The position numbers and the translations under genes are program-made. Below the pieces are notes generated by a model. That model saw only the letters and a program-made list of their open reading frames with translations. It had not been told where the DNA came from and did not search any database. Of a stretch of 64,000 nucleotides of DNA, positions 47,201 to 57,249 are shown piece after piece. The number at the start of each line of letters is the position of its first letter. Positions within the stretch are counted from its first letter, which is position 1. This DNA comes from an uncultured bacterium (GTDB lineage Bacteria > Patescibacteriota > JACMRA01), in assembly GCA_963704645.1 (NCBI GenBank), contig OY969926.1:640001-704000 (forward strand). The letters are read 5' to 3'.

Positions 47201-50200
47201 AAAGGGTGCTGCTTGGTTTGGTGCAAATAGCAGTTTAAACGAGCTTACAAAATCATCTATATATGAAAACAATACTCAAAATCCTGCTTTAACATATGCT
47301 ACAGGGCAGGTAACCAGTGTAATGTGGTTTGAAGGTAGTTCAAACAATTTTATTTCTCAATCAATGTTTTTGGGGAACTGGGGTAGGTCTGTTGAGTTTA
47401 ACAATGGTGCAAGAGTAGATATCAAAGAAACTACCATAAGTAATAATAGCGGAAGAGGGGTTAGCTATACTAATGGCAGTACAACAGGTAACACGACTCT
47501 TAAAATAGTTAATTCTACAATATCTTCCAACAATTCTTCGGGTATAAGTTTTAGATCCAGCGCTATAGATTTTCAAGGTTCTCATTTAACTATCGCTAAC
47601 AACGCATTTGGATTTATTATTGATCCTGCTGCCAATGTTAGATTGGATAACACAATTATAACTGGTAGCTTTTTTGTAAACTGTGGAGACTTAACAGGCG
47701 CTCTTCTTACGAATACTGTTCCAGGTGGTAGTGGTAGAGGCAAAAACCTTTCAAATAACTCAGATTGTGATAACATTTTTGGCTTTACAGCAAACCCTGA
47801 TGTACAGACATTTCTGGGCCCTTTGCAATTTAATGGCGGTCCAACTGTAACCATTGCACTTTTAGCTGGAAGTCCTGCTATTGATGAAGGTGCAGGTAGT
47901 GCCAACTATGATGGCTATCCAGAATCGCCAAACATTGATCAACGAGGATTTACAAGACCTTCAGGCTTAAATTATGACATTGGTGCTTATGAAGAAGGTG
48001 GTGTTTTATTTATTAATCCTCAAGCCAATGATGACAATGCTTCAACAGATAGTAACACCTCAGTAAGTATAAATCTTTTAGCTAATGATGATGGAGGTAC
48101 AAATGGAATTGATACCAACTCTGTAAATATTTCTAGCTCTCCAAACAAAGGAAGTTTAAATGACTATGGAAATGGTGAATTTGAATATGTTCCAGATTCT
48201 AGTCAATTTACAAGCTCAGATACAGATACTTTTACTTATTATTTCTTAGATCAAAATGGAATACAATCTAACACTGCCACTGTTACCATTAATGTCGGAT
48301 ATATTACTGTAAATATAGCACCTGTAGCTGCACCAGATGTAACTACAACTTTACTTACTTCTTCAATTCTGATTGATGTGGCCAGTAACGATACAGATAG
48401 CGACGGCACATTAGATTTAGGTAGCGTAACTATAGTAACTTCTCCAGCTAAAGGAAGTGCAAATATTAACAGTAATCCAAGCAGTCCAGATTTTGGTAAA
48501 ATTACTTATACTCCAAATCCAGCTTTCTTCGCTAGTGCTTCTTCAGATACTTTTGAATATGTTATTTCAGATAATAATGGAAGTGTTTCCAACGTTGCTA
48601 TTGTGACAATAGATGTTACTTTACCTCCTCAGCCAATTGCCAACCCTGACAATGCCTCCACTTTAGAATCTACACCCGTTACTGTTGATGTTCTTGCTAA
48701 CGATGTTAATTCTACAAACATATGTGCTAACTCTGTATCTACTTCTGCTAATGGAACTGCTACAATACTTCCTGCCAATGGCACTACTAACTTAGTGGAT
48801 AAAATACTATTTACTCCAAATATAGGCTTCAATGGAAATGCTACTTTCACGTATACAGCATGCAGTACTGTTGTTGGAACCTCGCCTTCTTCCCCCGCAA
48901 GCGTTACCGTTGCTGTAAACGCAGTAAATCCTGTTGCGGTTAATGATACAGCAACTGCCGATCAAAACAATGCTGTCACCATTAACGTTTTAGCTAATGA
49001 CACAGACCCTTCTGGGCAAACTATTACTATTTGTTCACCCCTATCTTCACCAAGTAATGGAACAATATCTAAAACAATTATTGGTTCAGTAGAGCAAATT
49101 ATATTTACACCAACGGCTGGCTATAACGGACAGACTAGCTTTACTTACACTGCCTGTGACCCAGCTGGCAATGCAAGTAATATTGCCACTGTAACTGTGA
49201 ATGTAATACCAAATATTCTTCCTGTAGCTAATCCAGATTCTGGTTCTACCGTTTCCAGTTCACCTGTAACAATTAACCCCACTTCCAATGACACAGATTC
49301 AGATGGATTCTTAGACTTAACCTCTGTAACTATAGTAGCTAATCCGACGAAGGGAAGTGTAAGTGTAAACGCTACCACAGGAATAATTATTTATACAGCC
49401 ACAACTTCACTATTTACTAGCAATGGAACTGACAGTTTCACCTATAAAATTAAAGATGACGACAACGAATTTTCTAATGAAGCAACAATAAGCATTTCAG
49501 TGTTAGTAGACCCTACAGCCAACAACGATACAGCTTCTGGTTTAGTTTCATCGGCTTTTGTATTGGATGTTGCAGCTAATGATCAAGCTACATCAGCTCC
49601 TTTAGATCTTTCCTCAATAAATATTATTACACAGCCAACTAAAGGCACAGTAAGTGTTAACACAACAGCCAATAGTCCAGACTTTGGTAAAGTTATATAC
49701 ACTCCAACCGCTTCTGCTTATTCAGTAAGTGGCTCTGACAGTTTCTCTTATACAATTGAAGATACTGAAGGTCATGTTTCAAACCCTGCCACTGCCACTG
49801 TTAATGTTACAGTTCCACCTGCTAACCAAATACCAGTTGCTAACAATGACACAACCACAGGAGGTAAATTTTCTGTACTAACTATTGATGTTGCAGCTAA
49901 TGATACAGACAACGATGGAACCTTAGATTTAAGCAGCGTGGCAATTGTTACCCAGCCAACTAAAGGTACAGTAAGTGTTAACACAACAGCCAATAGTCCA
50001 GACTTTGGTAAAGTTATATACACTCCAACCGCTTCTTCCTATACATCAAGCAGCACTGATAGTTTCACATATAGAATTAGAGATAATGATGGAGATTTTT
50101 CAAGTCCAGCCACTGTAACTGTGAATATAATTTTGCTATTACCAACAGCAGTGAATGATACAGTAACTTTGGATATTAATACACCAACAACAGTAGATGT

Positions 50201-51173
50201 TCTAGCTAATGATATTTTAGCCACAAGTATATGTGCCAGCTCTGTTTTCAGCAGTTCCACTAATGGATCTACAGCTTTGCAAACATCCTCAGGCGGAAGT
50301 GTAGCTATTACCGCTGACAACAAAATTATCTACACTCCTGCAAATAATTTCACGGGTACAGACTCGTTTGTATACAAAGCTTGCAACAATGACGGCGAAA
50401 GCAATGTGTCTACTGTTAACTTAACTGTTAATGCTTTGCCTATTGAAGCAATAGTTCCTCCAACAGATTCAACTATTACAACAACAAATCCAACTGCTCC
50501 TGTGGTAAATCCAAGTTCTACTCCTGTTGCAGCACAAAGTGTGGAAATAACTTTGTACAAAGAAAAACAAGACGCGGACATACTGCTTAATCAGCCTCTT
50601 AAAATTCAGGCAGATATTAAAAACCCAAATAACTTTATAGTAGCAAAAATTGAAACAATAATTAATATAGACACAACTAAATTAAACTTTGTGGCCAATT
50701 CAGCCAAAGAAGGAAGTATAGTTGGTAACAAATATTTAGGTTTCTTAGAATTATACGGTGAAAGACAGGGTATATATAATTTAGCATCACTTCTGTCTAT
50801 TCCAACTAAAGCACAAGCTAGTACAACCCCAACTGTTAGTTTTGAAGTTATATCAAGTTCTCAATTAAAAGTTACAATTCTTAATGCCCAACCTAACCAA
50901 ACTTTGCCTATTGTATTTGATGTACTTCCTAAAGCCAATTTGCAAAATAGTATTCAAGCAAAGGCAGATATTATTGACCCTGTAACTAATTTATCTATTG
51001 CAACAGCTTCTTCAGCCGTTAATATTGCTCCAACTGAACCTATACTAAATGTTCTTGTAAGAACAGGAGGTCAGACAATTGTACAACTTAGTTTGGGCGT
51101 TTTGGTTGCCTTAATGGTGTTTGTGTATATGCAAACTAAGAGAGAAAAAATAAAGATAAACCTTGAAAAATAA
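44247..51173 (+). CDS. Giant surface protein: YVTN-like propeller, CSLREA-like motif, beta-helix, tandem Ig-like (Big_9-type) repeats, C-terminal LVRTGG+TM+basic tail
   Basis: PDGSKLY repeats, ECTLRAAVMEAN, GGGIY repeats, DIGAYE, P.A..D...T / DV.AND.D / DSFTY repeats. Confidence 0.85.
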   Translation: MLSLNKKLHETKNKNHWFNNLNKYNKIFTLFLLSLIILCGLVYFGIKFEESRQLAKAEDISATTPVVGNFIGKLVLSPDNLTTYVSTSANSGGGIAKYDTTTNTLLGSISFTNNGIQLNSTGTRLYTYNASEVKVIDTASFTVISTIPVTNNIINGFLNADGSKFYAASFFSGATTTNTLTVIDTSNNTILTSLVTPQTVKGFYHHFSLDGSKLYLSDEYNGIVIDTATTSFEDFIPITKDMVLSEDGKKMYSFDTANFDSIGMRVIDLATKKLDRVIFISRFVKAIPRDGKIFVIADNALKIYDAQTYNLLSTTQIINSTSSICSSGCGIKITPDGSKLYITAQVGGSFTYIGNPANNNAIIVPPDNILLVMDLNSFEININQNFSPSPRIEAFSNDGKKAYVRDVGSYKVVDTTLVNTSDISGFSCTSPTNNLGSVVTCNVTSSTPVRGLVKFTVGLEECTAYFAAAGDTTANCTYIANNVQNSPITIQPSFGTSLSSGSLIINGEAGDVVISSGNIVTNNNCVPSGNVRIGVFFDCSFSLTGSSSNSYILPSQGIKIGVGTVPNISDFCTLSGNGTANVKLDCKDIPTTSGVGGNPDVLAFINGSSTGSSVGSINLTDGYLVNSTSDDIDSAPGDGYCGNSLGECTLRAAVMEANTDYIKDKINIPAGVYQLTIAPTVGVNKGAIDGDLDITTDMDFVGAGKDTTFIQAGSDDTNGIDRVFHIFNTNVDFNNLTIRYGRVNNLPVGTYYNGQNNTTELPQNGGGIYYQKYLDFNAQAENSIAVLGFNDDSNLPVNADESLKFPATLNLNNVVVSNNYAQNSGGGIYDSSRTSIYTNSEINNNSSGKYGGGVSRSTINDRVTKLLTEQAFASSSATLNFVNSIVSGNQSVDGAGIYHDRGNKVILDENTRLLGNIASGNGGGIFNTECSFFGGVSTITINGSTINSNSAVNGGGVYNECGHVETLPGNLTTKNSTIQYNSASEKGAAWFGANSSLNELTKSSIYENNTQNPALTYATGQVTSVMWFEGSSNNFISQSMFLGNWGRSVEFNNGARVDIKETTISNNSGRGVSYTNGSTTGNTTLKIVNSTISSNNSSGISFRSSAIDFQGSHLTIANNAFGFIIDPAANVRLDNTIITGSFFVNCGDLTGALLTNTVPGGSGRGKNLSNNSDCDNIFGFTANPDVQTFLGPLQFNGGPTVTIALLAGSPAIDEGAGSANYDGYPESPNIDQRGFTRPSGLNYDIGAYEEGGVLFINPQANDDNASTDSNTSVSINLLANDDGGTNGIDTNSVNISSSPNKGSLNDYGNGEFEYVPDSSQFTSSDTDTFTYYFLDQNGIQSNTATVTINVGYITVNIAPVAAPDVTTTLLTSSILIDVASNDTDSDGTLDLGSVTIVTSPAKGSANINSNPSSPDFGKITYTPNPAFFASASSDTFEYVISDNNGSVSNVAIVTIDVTLPPQPIANPDNASTLESTPVTVDVLANDVNSTNICANSVSTSANGTATILPANGTTNLVDKILFTPNIGFNGNATFTYTACSTVVGTSPSSPASVTVAVNAVNPVAVNDTATADQNNAVTINVLANDTDPSGQTITICSPLSSPSNGTISKTIIGSVEQIIFTPTAGYNGQTSFTYTACDPAGNASNIATVTVNVIPNILPVANPDSGSTVSSSPVTINPTSNDTDSDGFLDLTSVTIVANPTKGSVSVNATTGIIIYTATTSLFTSNGTDSFTYKIKDDDNEFSNEATISISVLVDPTANNDTASGLVSSAFVLDVAANDQATSAPLDLSSINIITQPTKGTVSVNTTANSPDFGKVIYTPTASAYSVSGSDSFSYTIEDTEGHVSNPATATVNVTVPPANQIPVANNDTTTGGKFSVLTIDVAANDTDNDGTLDLSSVAIVTQPTKGTVSVNTTANSPDFGKVIYTPTASSYTSSSTDSFTYRIRDNDGDFSSPATVTVNIILLLPTAVNDTVTLDINTPTTVDVLANDILATSICASSVFSSSTNGSTALQTSSGGSVAITADNKIIYTPANNFTGTDSFVYKACNNDGESNVSTVNLTVNALPIEAIVPPTDSTITTTNPTAPVVNPSSTPVAAQSVEITLYKEKQDADILLNQPLKIQADIKNPNNFIVAKIETIINIDTTKLNFVANSAKEGSIVGNKYLGFLELYGERQGIYNLASLLSIPTKAQASTTPTVSFEVISSSQLKVTILNAQPNQTLPIVFDVLPKANLQNSIQAKADIIDPVTNLSIATASSAVNIAPTEPILNVLVRTGGQTIVQLSLGVLVALMVFVYMQTKREKIKINLEK

Positions 51174-51357
51174 ATCTTTATAAGATGCGTTAGGCGGCTC
51201 AACTTTGGACGATGAACATGGAAATACTTTACAAGTTAAAGAATATTTGAAAATCTTAAGTATTCGGTATTTTTAATGCCAAATACAAAAATTAAATGTA
51301 AAAAGCTGAGGTAAATATAGTGTTTGCACCTATCATATTTTGGAGGTTGTGTCTATT

Positions 51358-51609
51358 ATGAGTTATCATATAGCTTGCTGCCCCGACCTAACTACACTAC
51401 ATTTAAGTGGTGTTAATAAGGAAACCATGAAGGAAATTTCAGACAGAATTCACCAAGTTATTGAAACTAAAGCAACTAATTTAGATGGTAATACTGGTGT
51501 TATTTCTTTCGATCCTATTGAAGATGATAATACCAAAGAAAAATTACGTCTTATTCTTGAGCTGGAGTTTAGAATAGGACAAACTACTTTAATTCAACAT
51601 TTCAACTAA
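51358..51609 (+). CDS. Small hypothetical protein
   Basis: GGAGG SD; terminator hairpin with U-tract at about 51617-51671. Confidence 0.65.
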   Translation: MSYHIACCPDLTTLHLSGVNKETMKEISDRIHQVIETKATNLDGNTGVISFDPIEDDNTKEKLRLILELEFRIGQTTLIQHFN

Positions 51610-51769
51610 AATCCAAACCCAGCCCATTCTGTAATTATAAATATAATATAATGCAGATGGGTTGTTTTTTTACGGGAAAATTTTTAGTTTAGTAATTTTG
51701 ACTTTGTAAAAAAAATATGCTTGGAAATAAGAGTGTATTTAAAAACACTACAATAATAGGAGAATTTTT

Positions 51770-52081
51770 ATGCAAGATGGCTATGCATGTGTTACAGGTT
51801 GGGAATTTTTCCTCTCTGAAGAAGGCAATGAAATGAATTTTGAATGGAATCCCGATTATATAAAAAAAGAGCTACAAGTAATTTGGAACAACAAAGATCT
51901 GTATTTCAACGAGACTGTGGCTTTTGTAAAATCGTTGTCTCGCCGAGGAATTGAAAAGCTTCGTGAAAACTTTGGCGATCAATTTCCTGATTTGTTTGAG
52001 TGGATAGACTCTGTTTTCCCTCCAGATGATGAAAATATGAATGATAGAGGGCCCTATTTATTAGCAGCTGGGATTAATTAA
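51770..52081 (+). CDS. Small acidic hypothetical protein
   Basis: TTGACT-N12-TATGC promoter (51698-51720), AGGAG SD, terminator at 52122-52151. Confidence 0.7.
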   Translation: MQDGYACVTGWEFFLSEEGNEMNFEWNPDYIKKELQVIWNNKDLYFNETVAFVKSLSRRGIEKLRENFGDQFPDLFEWIDSVFPPDDENMNDRGPYLLAAGIN

Positions 52082-52198
52082 GTTTAAAAATTTAGAAAAA
52101 TTTCTTTTTAAACAAAATGTAAGCACTCTGGAAACGGAGGGCTTTTTTATTTCTGTTGTTTTAGAGTTTTAAAGAGAGCAAAGTTTGTCTCTCTAGTT

Positions 52199-52225
52199 TA
52201 GACCCTGAAACAAGTTAAGGGTGAC
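52199..52225 (-). repeat. Uninterrupted REP-like repeat gtcacccttaacttgtttcagggtcta
   Basis: Matches the reconstructed IS481 target at 36181-36196/37277-37284 and 9492-9515. Confidence 0.8.
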
Positions 52226-52369
52226 TTGGTTCGAAAGTGGCCGCTAAGAGTAGACAGGAAACTTGTGATTAAGATGAGAGTAATATTGTTCGATAATATC
52301 TTTAATTATTAACCTGAGTAAATTCATTGATTGACAAAAGTTGGGTTTTTGGGGTCTTAATTATAAATT

Positions 52370-54661
52370 ATGCCGAACCAGAAATTTAGTTCCACGCAGA
52401 ATTCTAAAAGTTTTGAATTGGTAGCTCCGTATCCGCCAGCAGGTGATCAGCCTAAAGTAATTTCTGAGATGGTTGAAAGTTTAAATAAAGGCAATTTTGA
52501 ACAAACAATTTTGGGTGTAACTGGTTCTGGTAAAACCTACATGATGGCTTCAATTGTAAATGAACTGCAACGTCCAACTTTGGTTTTAGCTCATAATAAA
52601 ACTTTGGCAGCCCAGTTAGCAGAAGAATTTAAAAGGTTTTTTCCTAACAATGCTGTTCACTATTTTGTTAGTTACTACGATTACTACCAGCCAGAAAGCT
52701 ATATTCCACGTTCAGACACTTTTATTGAAAAGCAAACACAAATTAATGCAGAAATTGAACGCCTTAGAAATGCCACAACCCAGGCTTTGTTAACCAGAAG
52801 AGATGTTTTAATTGTAGCTTCAGTTAGTTGTATTTACGGTCTTGGTGACCCCGAAGATTACAGAGCTTTGAAAATTGAATTGGAAGTTGGGCAGAAATAT
52901 AAGCTAGATAAACTAACCAGAAAGTTAATAGATTTGCAGTTTATACGAACCAGTTTAGACTTACAGCGAGGTGCTTTTAGGTTGCGTGGCGACAACTTAG
53001 AAATTGCTCCTGCAGGGGAAGAATTGGGTTACAGATTTGGTTTTTATGGTGACGAACTAGAAAAAATAGAAAGCTTCGAAATAGTTAGCGGTCATACCAT
53101 TGAAGTAATAGATAATTATACAATTTTTCCAGCCAAGCAATATGTTACAACGCAGGAAAAAGTTCAGGCAGCTATTCCAAAAATAGAGCAAGATTTAATT
53201 AACCGTGTAGATTATTTTAACAGACAAGCCATGCTTTTGCCGGCGGAAAGGTTGAAACAAAGAACGCTGAACGACATAGAAATGCTTCGCACACTTGGTT
53301 TCGTTTCGGGCATTGAAAACTATTCCATATATTTTGACGGTAGGGAAGACGGCCAAGCACCAGGAACATTGCTAGATTATTTCCCCGATGATGCCATAAC
53401 TTTTATAGACGAAAGCCATATAACCTTGCCCCAAATTGCTGGTATGTATAGCGGTGATAAAAGCCGAAAAGACACCCTTGTAGAATATGGGTTCAGGCTT
53501 CCAAGCGCTTTAAACAATAGGCCACTTAGAATTAAAGAATTTTTTGAAAGACAAAGCCAAATAATTTACGTTTCAGCTACACCTTCCGCATTTGAATTTG
53601 GAGAGAAAAACAGCATTGGTAACGGCGCAGTTGGGGCTGATATTCCCAGAAAAAATGAACCTGTAATTTCTAAGGCAATAATTAGGCCTACTGGTTTAAT
53701 TGACCCGGAAATTATTTTAAAACCTGTGGCTAACCAGGTTGATGATGTTTTGGAAGAAGTTAGGCAGCGCGTATTAAAGGGGCAGCGTGTTTTAATTACA
53801 ACGTTAACTAAAAAGTTTTCAGAGGAATTGGACATATATTTCAAGCAAATTAATATAAAATCGGCTTACATCCATAGTGATGTAGAAACTTTGGATAGGC
53901 TAGATATTTTAAGCGATTTGCGTAGGGGAAGGTATGATGTGCTTATTGGAATTAACCTTTTAAGAGAAGGGCTAGATTTACCAGAGGTTTCTTTAGTAGC
54001 AATTTTTGACGCAGACAAAGAAGGTTTTTTGCGTTCTAAAACCAGTTTAATTCAAATTATTGGAAGGGCAGCTAGGCACAGTGAAGGCAAAGTTATAATG
54101 TACGCCGATTCAGTTACCAAGTCTATGAGGCTGGCTATAGACGAAACTGAGAACCGTAGGCAATTGCAAATTGAATATAATTTAAAGAACGGCATTATTC
54201 CAAAATCTACTTCCAGAGAACTAAAAACCATTTCCGATGAAGTAAAAGAAAATACCGAAAAAAATGAAAATTGGGGAAAGGCTGGTGCAAAATATTCACC
54301 AACAGGTTGGAGTGAAGTTGAAAATGATGAAAGTTTTTCTGGTAAAAGTAAGTTGCTAGCCAGCAATAAAATTAGCTTAGACGGAAATGTTTTAGAAGGT
54401 GAAATGGAAATTGAAAGTAGATTTACCAGGAAAATTAAACCGGCAAAATCTGCTTATACAGCAACTCGTCAGGCAATGTCTAACCCAAACGGTAAACAAG
54501 TCTACGATGCATTTGAACAACAAAAAGAAATTTATTTAGGCGAACTAAGAAGTTTGAAACTATCTAACAACGAGCTAAAAGAAAGACTGCAAATTGCCAT
54601 AGACGCCATGGACTTTGAAATGGCCGCCGCACTGCGTGACTTTATGCAAGGGGAAGGGTAG
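52370..54661 (+). CDS. uvrB: Excinuclease ABC subunit B
   Basis: GDQP, GVTGSGKT, HNKTLAAQL, YYDYYQPE, DESH, GINLLREGLDLPEV, IGRAAR, C-terminal UVR motif. Confidence 0.98.
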   Translation: MPNQKFSSTQNSKSFELVAPYPPAGDQPKVISEMVESLNKGNFEQTILGVTGSGKTYMMASIVNELQRPTLVLAHNKTLAAQLAEEFKRFFPNNAVHYFVSYYDYYQPESYIPRSDTFIEKQTQINAEIERLRNATTQALLTRRDVLIVASVSCIYGLGDPEDYRALKIELEVGQKYKLDKLTRKLIDLQFIRTSLDLQRGAFRLRGDNLEIAPAGEELGYRFGFYGDELEKIESFEIVSGHTIEVIDNYTIFPAKQYVTTQEKVQAAIPKIEQDLINRVDYFNRQAMLLPAERLKQRTLNDIEMLRTLGFVSGIENYSIYFDGREDGQAPGTLLDYFPDDAITFIDESHITLPQIAGMYSGDKSRKDTLVEYGFRLPSALNNRPLRIKEFFERQSQIIYVSATPSAFEFGEKNSIGNGAVGADIPRKNEPVISKAIIRPTGLIDPEIILKPVANQVDDVLEEVRQRVLKGQRVLITTLTKKFSEELDIYFKQINIKSAYIHSDVETLDRLDILSDLRRGRYDVLIGINLLREGLDLPEVSLVAIFDADKEGFLRSKTSLIQIIGRAARHSEGKVIMYADSVTKSMRLAIDETENRRQLQIEYNLKNGIIPKSTSRELKTISDEVKENTEKNENWGKAGAKYSPTGWSEVENDESFSGKSKLLASNKISLDGNVLEGEMEIESRFTRKIKPAKSAYTATRQAMSNPNGKQVYDAFEQQKEIYLGELRSLKLSNNELKERLQIAIDAMDFEMAAALRDFMQGEG

Positions 54662-54724
54662 TGAGTTTGATTAGTTTGTTTTTTTGTGCTTAGCTCTAAA
54701 AGTAAGAATAGATAAATAGATTTT

Positions 54725-54952
54725 ATGGATGTAGTTTTCTTGGTGGTAGTACTTTTTATATCTACAATGTTTGGTGCGGCTTTATTCTACGTTTATAGTA
54801 TTCCATTGTTTTTCTCAATGTTTGGTTCTGTTTCTGAGAATCCAAAAGTATTGCTAGCTCAGGAAAATCCACGATGTTTTTGGATAGGAATTATTTTTCC
54901 GACATGCCTTATACTGTGCTGTATTTATTTTTGGATTAAAATTTTTGTTTAA
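54725..54952 (+). CDS. Small two-TM hypothetical protein
   Basis: 75-aa hydrophobic ORF filling the gap. Confidence 0.5.
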   Translation: MDVVFLVVVLFISTMFGAALFYVYSIPLFFSMFGSVSENPKVLLAQENPRCFWIGIIFPTCLILCCIYFWIKIFV

Positions 54953-55006
54953 TTTATAAAATTTTTATATTCAAATTTAGGCTTCTGTGTTTTTCAGAGG
55001 TCTAAT

Positions 55007-55549
55007 TTATTCGGAAATAAACCGTAGAACTTCCTCAATTCTTTCATCGTGATGTAAACTTTTTATGGTTAATAGTTTATCTTTTGGAACAAACTGTTCA
55101 ATGTTTTTTCTGGCTAATTCGTCAAACTTTTCTCTTGTGTCTAAGTTGGCTCTTAATACTTCATGTGTTCCTTCAAACATAATTGGGAAATAAACAAAAT
55201 GGGTGTATTGTTTTGTACGTTCTGCTACTAAATTGGTGTATAAATCTAAATCTGCACCAGACATATTGCTGCTAAGCTGGGCGTAACATAAATAATCTAT
55301 AACTGAACGGTCCGTTATAAAACCATTGGTTTCATTAAAATTTTCTAACTCAACCTGTTTATTTAAAGCGTATTTCTGAAAAGTACCACGAACATCGGCG
55401 GGTAGTTTTTCAAACTCTGCAATACCAAATTCCTGCCATATATTCCTCATAGTATTGGTCATAAAATGCAAATTAAGTTGTTCAAACAAAGCTTTTCCTA
55501 AGGTAGTTTTTCCTGTAGAATGAGCTCCACAAAGTGCTATTTTGTTCAT
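55007..55549 (-). CDS. AAA_28/NadR-like P-loop kinase
   Basis: IALCGAHSTGKTTL, ITDRSVIDYLCY. Confidence 0.8.
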   Translation of the reverse strand: MNKIALCGAHSTGKTTLGKALFEQLNLHFMTNTMRNIWQEFGIAEFEKLPADVRGTFQKYALNKQVELENFNETNGFITDRSVIDYLCYAQLSSNMSGADLDLYTNLVAERTKQYTHFVYFPIMFEGTHEVLRANLDTREKFDELARKNIEQFVPKDKLLTIKSLHHDERIEEVLRFISE

Positions 55550-55609
55550 AATAAAATGGAAGGTGGATGTTTAGGTTTTGGTTGTCAACTACATATAAAA
55601 GTAAAGTTT

Positions 55610-55924
55610 TTAGCTACTTTTTTTATAAACTTTCTTACTGCCCGAGTGAGTCCCAGCCTCTAGCAATACAATTATTAATTGTTGATTCTTGTGGTACAGC
55701 CAAATCACTCTAATATCACCAGTTATCCAGCTGCTCCAAACATCTTCATTGTTTATAGTGTCAACTTTATGAGATTTGAGAGAATTGTGCTGAGGGTTAT
55801 CTGCTAATAGTTTTAGAGACTTACTAAACTTTTTTGCTATAAGTGTATTTTTCTTGATTAACTTTCTATAGTCATCCAAAAACTCTGGAGTAAATTCTAA
55901 GTCATATTTTTCTTTGTCTAACAT
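55610..55924 (-). CDS. RelE/YafQ-like type II toxin
   Basis: FTPEF..DYRKL, P.H.SLKSHK, WS..ITGD.R, GTH. Confidence 0.8.
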   Translation of the reverse strand: MLDKEKYDLEFTPEFLDDYRKLIKKNTLIAKKFSKSLKLLADNPQHNSLKSHKVDTINNEDVWSSWITGDIRVIWLYHKNQQLIIVLLEAGTHSGSKKVYKKSS

Positions 55925-55981
55925 ATAAATTCAATATTATCATTATTCAATTCTACCCATCGCCAAAAGTAGTCTTAAAAA

Positions 55982-56266
55982 CTAGGCTAGGCCCTTTAAA
56001 AAGTTTTCAATATCAGAATTTTTAACAGTTGTAGTTTTACCATTTTTGTAGCTTTCGTAAGCTTCCATCAATTTTGATTTAGTATCAAAACTTAATTTTA
56101 AAGCTGGATTATTGTCTTTCATTTGAGTTTTAATTAACCAGGTCTTTTCGGCTAAAATTGCTCTAATTATTTCAGTTTTATCTAAGCCTTTGTACAAGGT
56201 ATTTTGTAAAATTTCGAACATTTCAGCAGTGTTTTCGTTTTCTTTAAGGCGAATAATTGTGGACAT
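55982..56266 (-). CDS. Putative cognate antitoxin
   Basis: Directly upstream of the toxin; RHH-like N-terminus and C-terminal EAYESYKNGK. Confidence 0.65.
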   Translation of the reverse strand: MSTIIRLKENENTAEMFEILQNTLYKGLDKTEIIRAILAEKTWLIKTQMKDNNPALKLSFDTKSKLMEAYESYKNGKTTTVKNSDIENFLKGLA

Positions 56267-56514
56267 ATAGGTATAATAAAGTACTACTATAAGACTACTT
56301 TGTGCTTCATATATTGTCAAACATTTAAGGAGTTTCAAGTTTTTTAATAATCGCTGTCATTAATTATCCAATCTTGATTAATTATTTCAGACGAAAAACA
56401 ATTAGTAACCTTATTATACTTTGAGCCGTTAAGGTAAAATATAAATTTACTTATTTTAGTTTAATGCTATAAAGTAAATTATAAATATTATTATTTTAGA
56501 CTGGTGCTATGGAT

Positions 56515-57249
56515 TTACCCCTCCAAAACCCCAAGTGCAAATCGTTTTTGTAGATTCTGTGAGTTTAACTTCATAGACTTTAAAACTAATTGTATTTTGC
56601 TGGCTACGTTTTTAGAAGGTTGTTGTTTGTAAAAAGCTTCCAAATTTTGTAGTACTTGCCATAAGAAAAACTGAACTTCTTCTCGGTTTTTGTCTGTTTT
56701 TATTAAACTGGTTAAATCTGTGCTTTTTCCGCTTAAAAAGTTCTTGGTAAATTGTCCTACGTCTGGGTATTTTTCTTTGTATTTATCTATCAAATCTGTA
56801 TCTAAAAACTTCATGCAAGTTTCTACGTTTAGGTTAAATATTTGGCATCTAGATTTAATAGTTGGAAGAATACTAAAAACGTCGTGGCTGAATAAAATTG
56901 GGTGCAAATTAGGTGGAGTTTCCTCAATAAATTTTAACAAACCTTCTTGTGCTGGTAGGGAAATGTCTGATAAACTTCCTAAAAATAGAAGGGTTGGTTT
57001 ATTGTAATGCTTATAAAGTTCGGCCAGTTCTTCTTTAAAATCTTCTTTGGCTGTCCATTTAGGTAAAATTACTTGGCCAGAGTTTAAATATTCATCCCAT
57101 GTTTTGTTTGTTAACTCATTTGCAGACAAATTTTTCAAAATAAAAGGCTTATTTTCTTCGTATTGTTTTAAAATTTCGTAAGAAAGAACGGGTATTAACT
57201 TGTTTAAATTTAGTTGAATATGTGTAAGAAAAATTTTACTTTGAGACAT
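56515..57249 (-). CDS. holB: DNA polymerase III delta-prime-like subunit
   Basis: AQEGLLKFIEETP, ILPTIKSRC. Confidence 0.8.
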   Translation of the reverse strand: MSQSKIFLTHIQLNLNKLIPVLSYEILKQYEENKPFILKNLSANELTNKTWDEYLNSGQVILPKWTAKEDFKEELAELYKHYNKPTLLFLGSLSDISLPAQEGLLKFIEETPPNLHPILFSHDVFSILPTIKSRCQIFNLNVETCMKFLDTDLIDKYKEKYPDVGQFTKNFLSGKSTDLTSLIKTDKNREEVQFFLWQVLQNLEAFYKQQPSKNVASKIQLVLKSMKLNSQNLQKRFALGVLEG

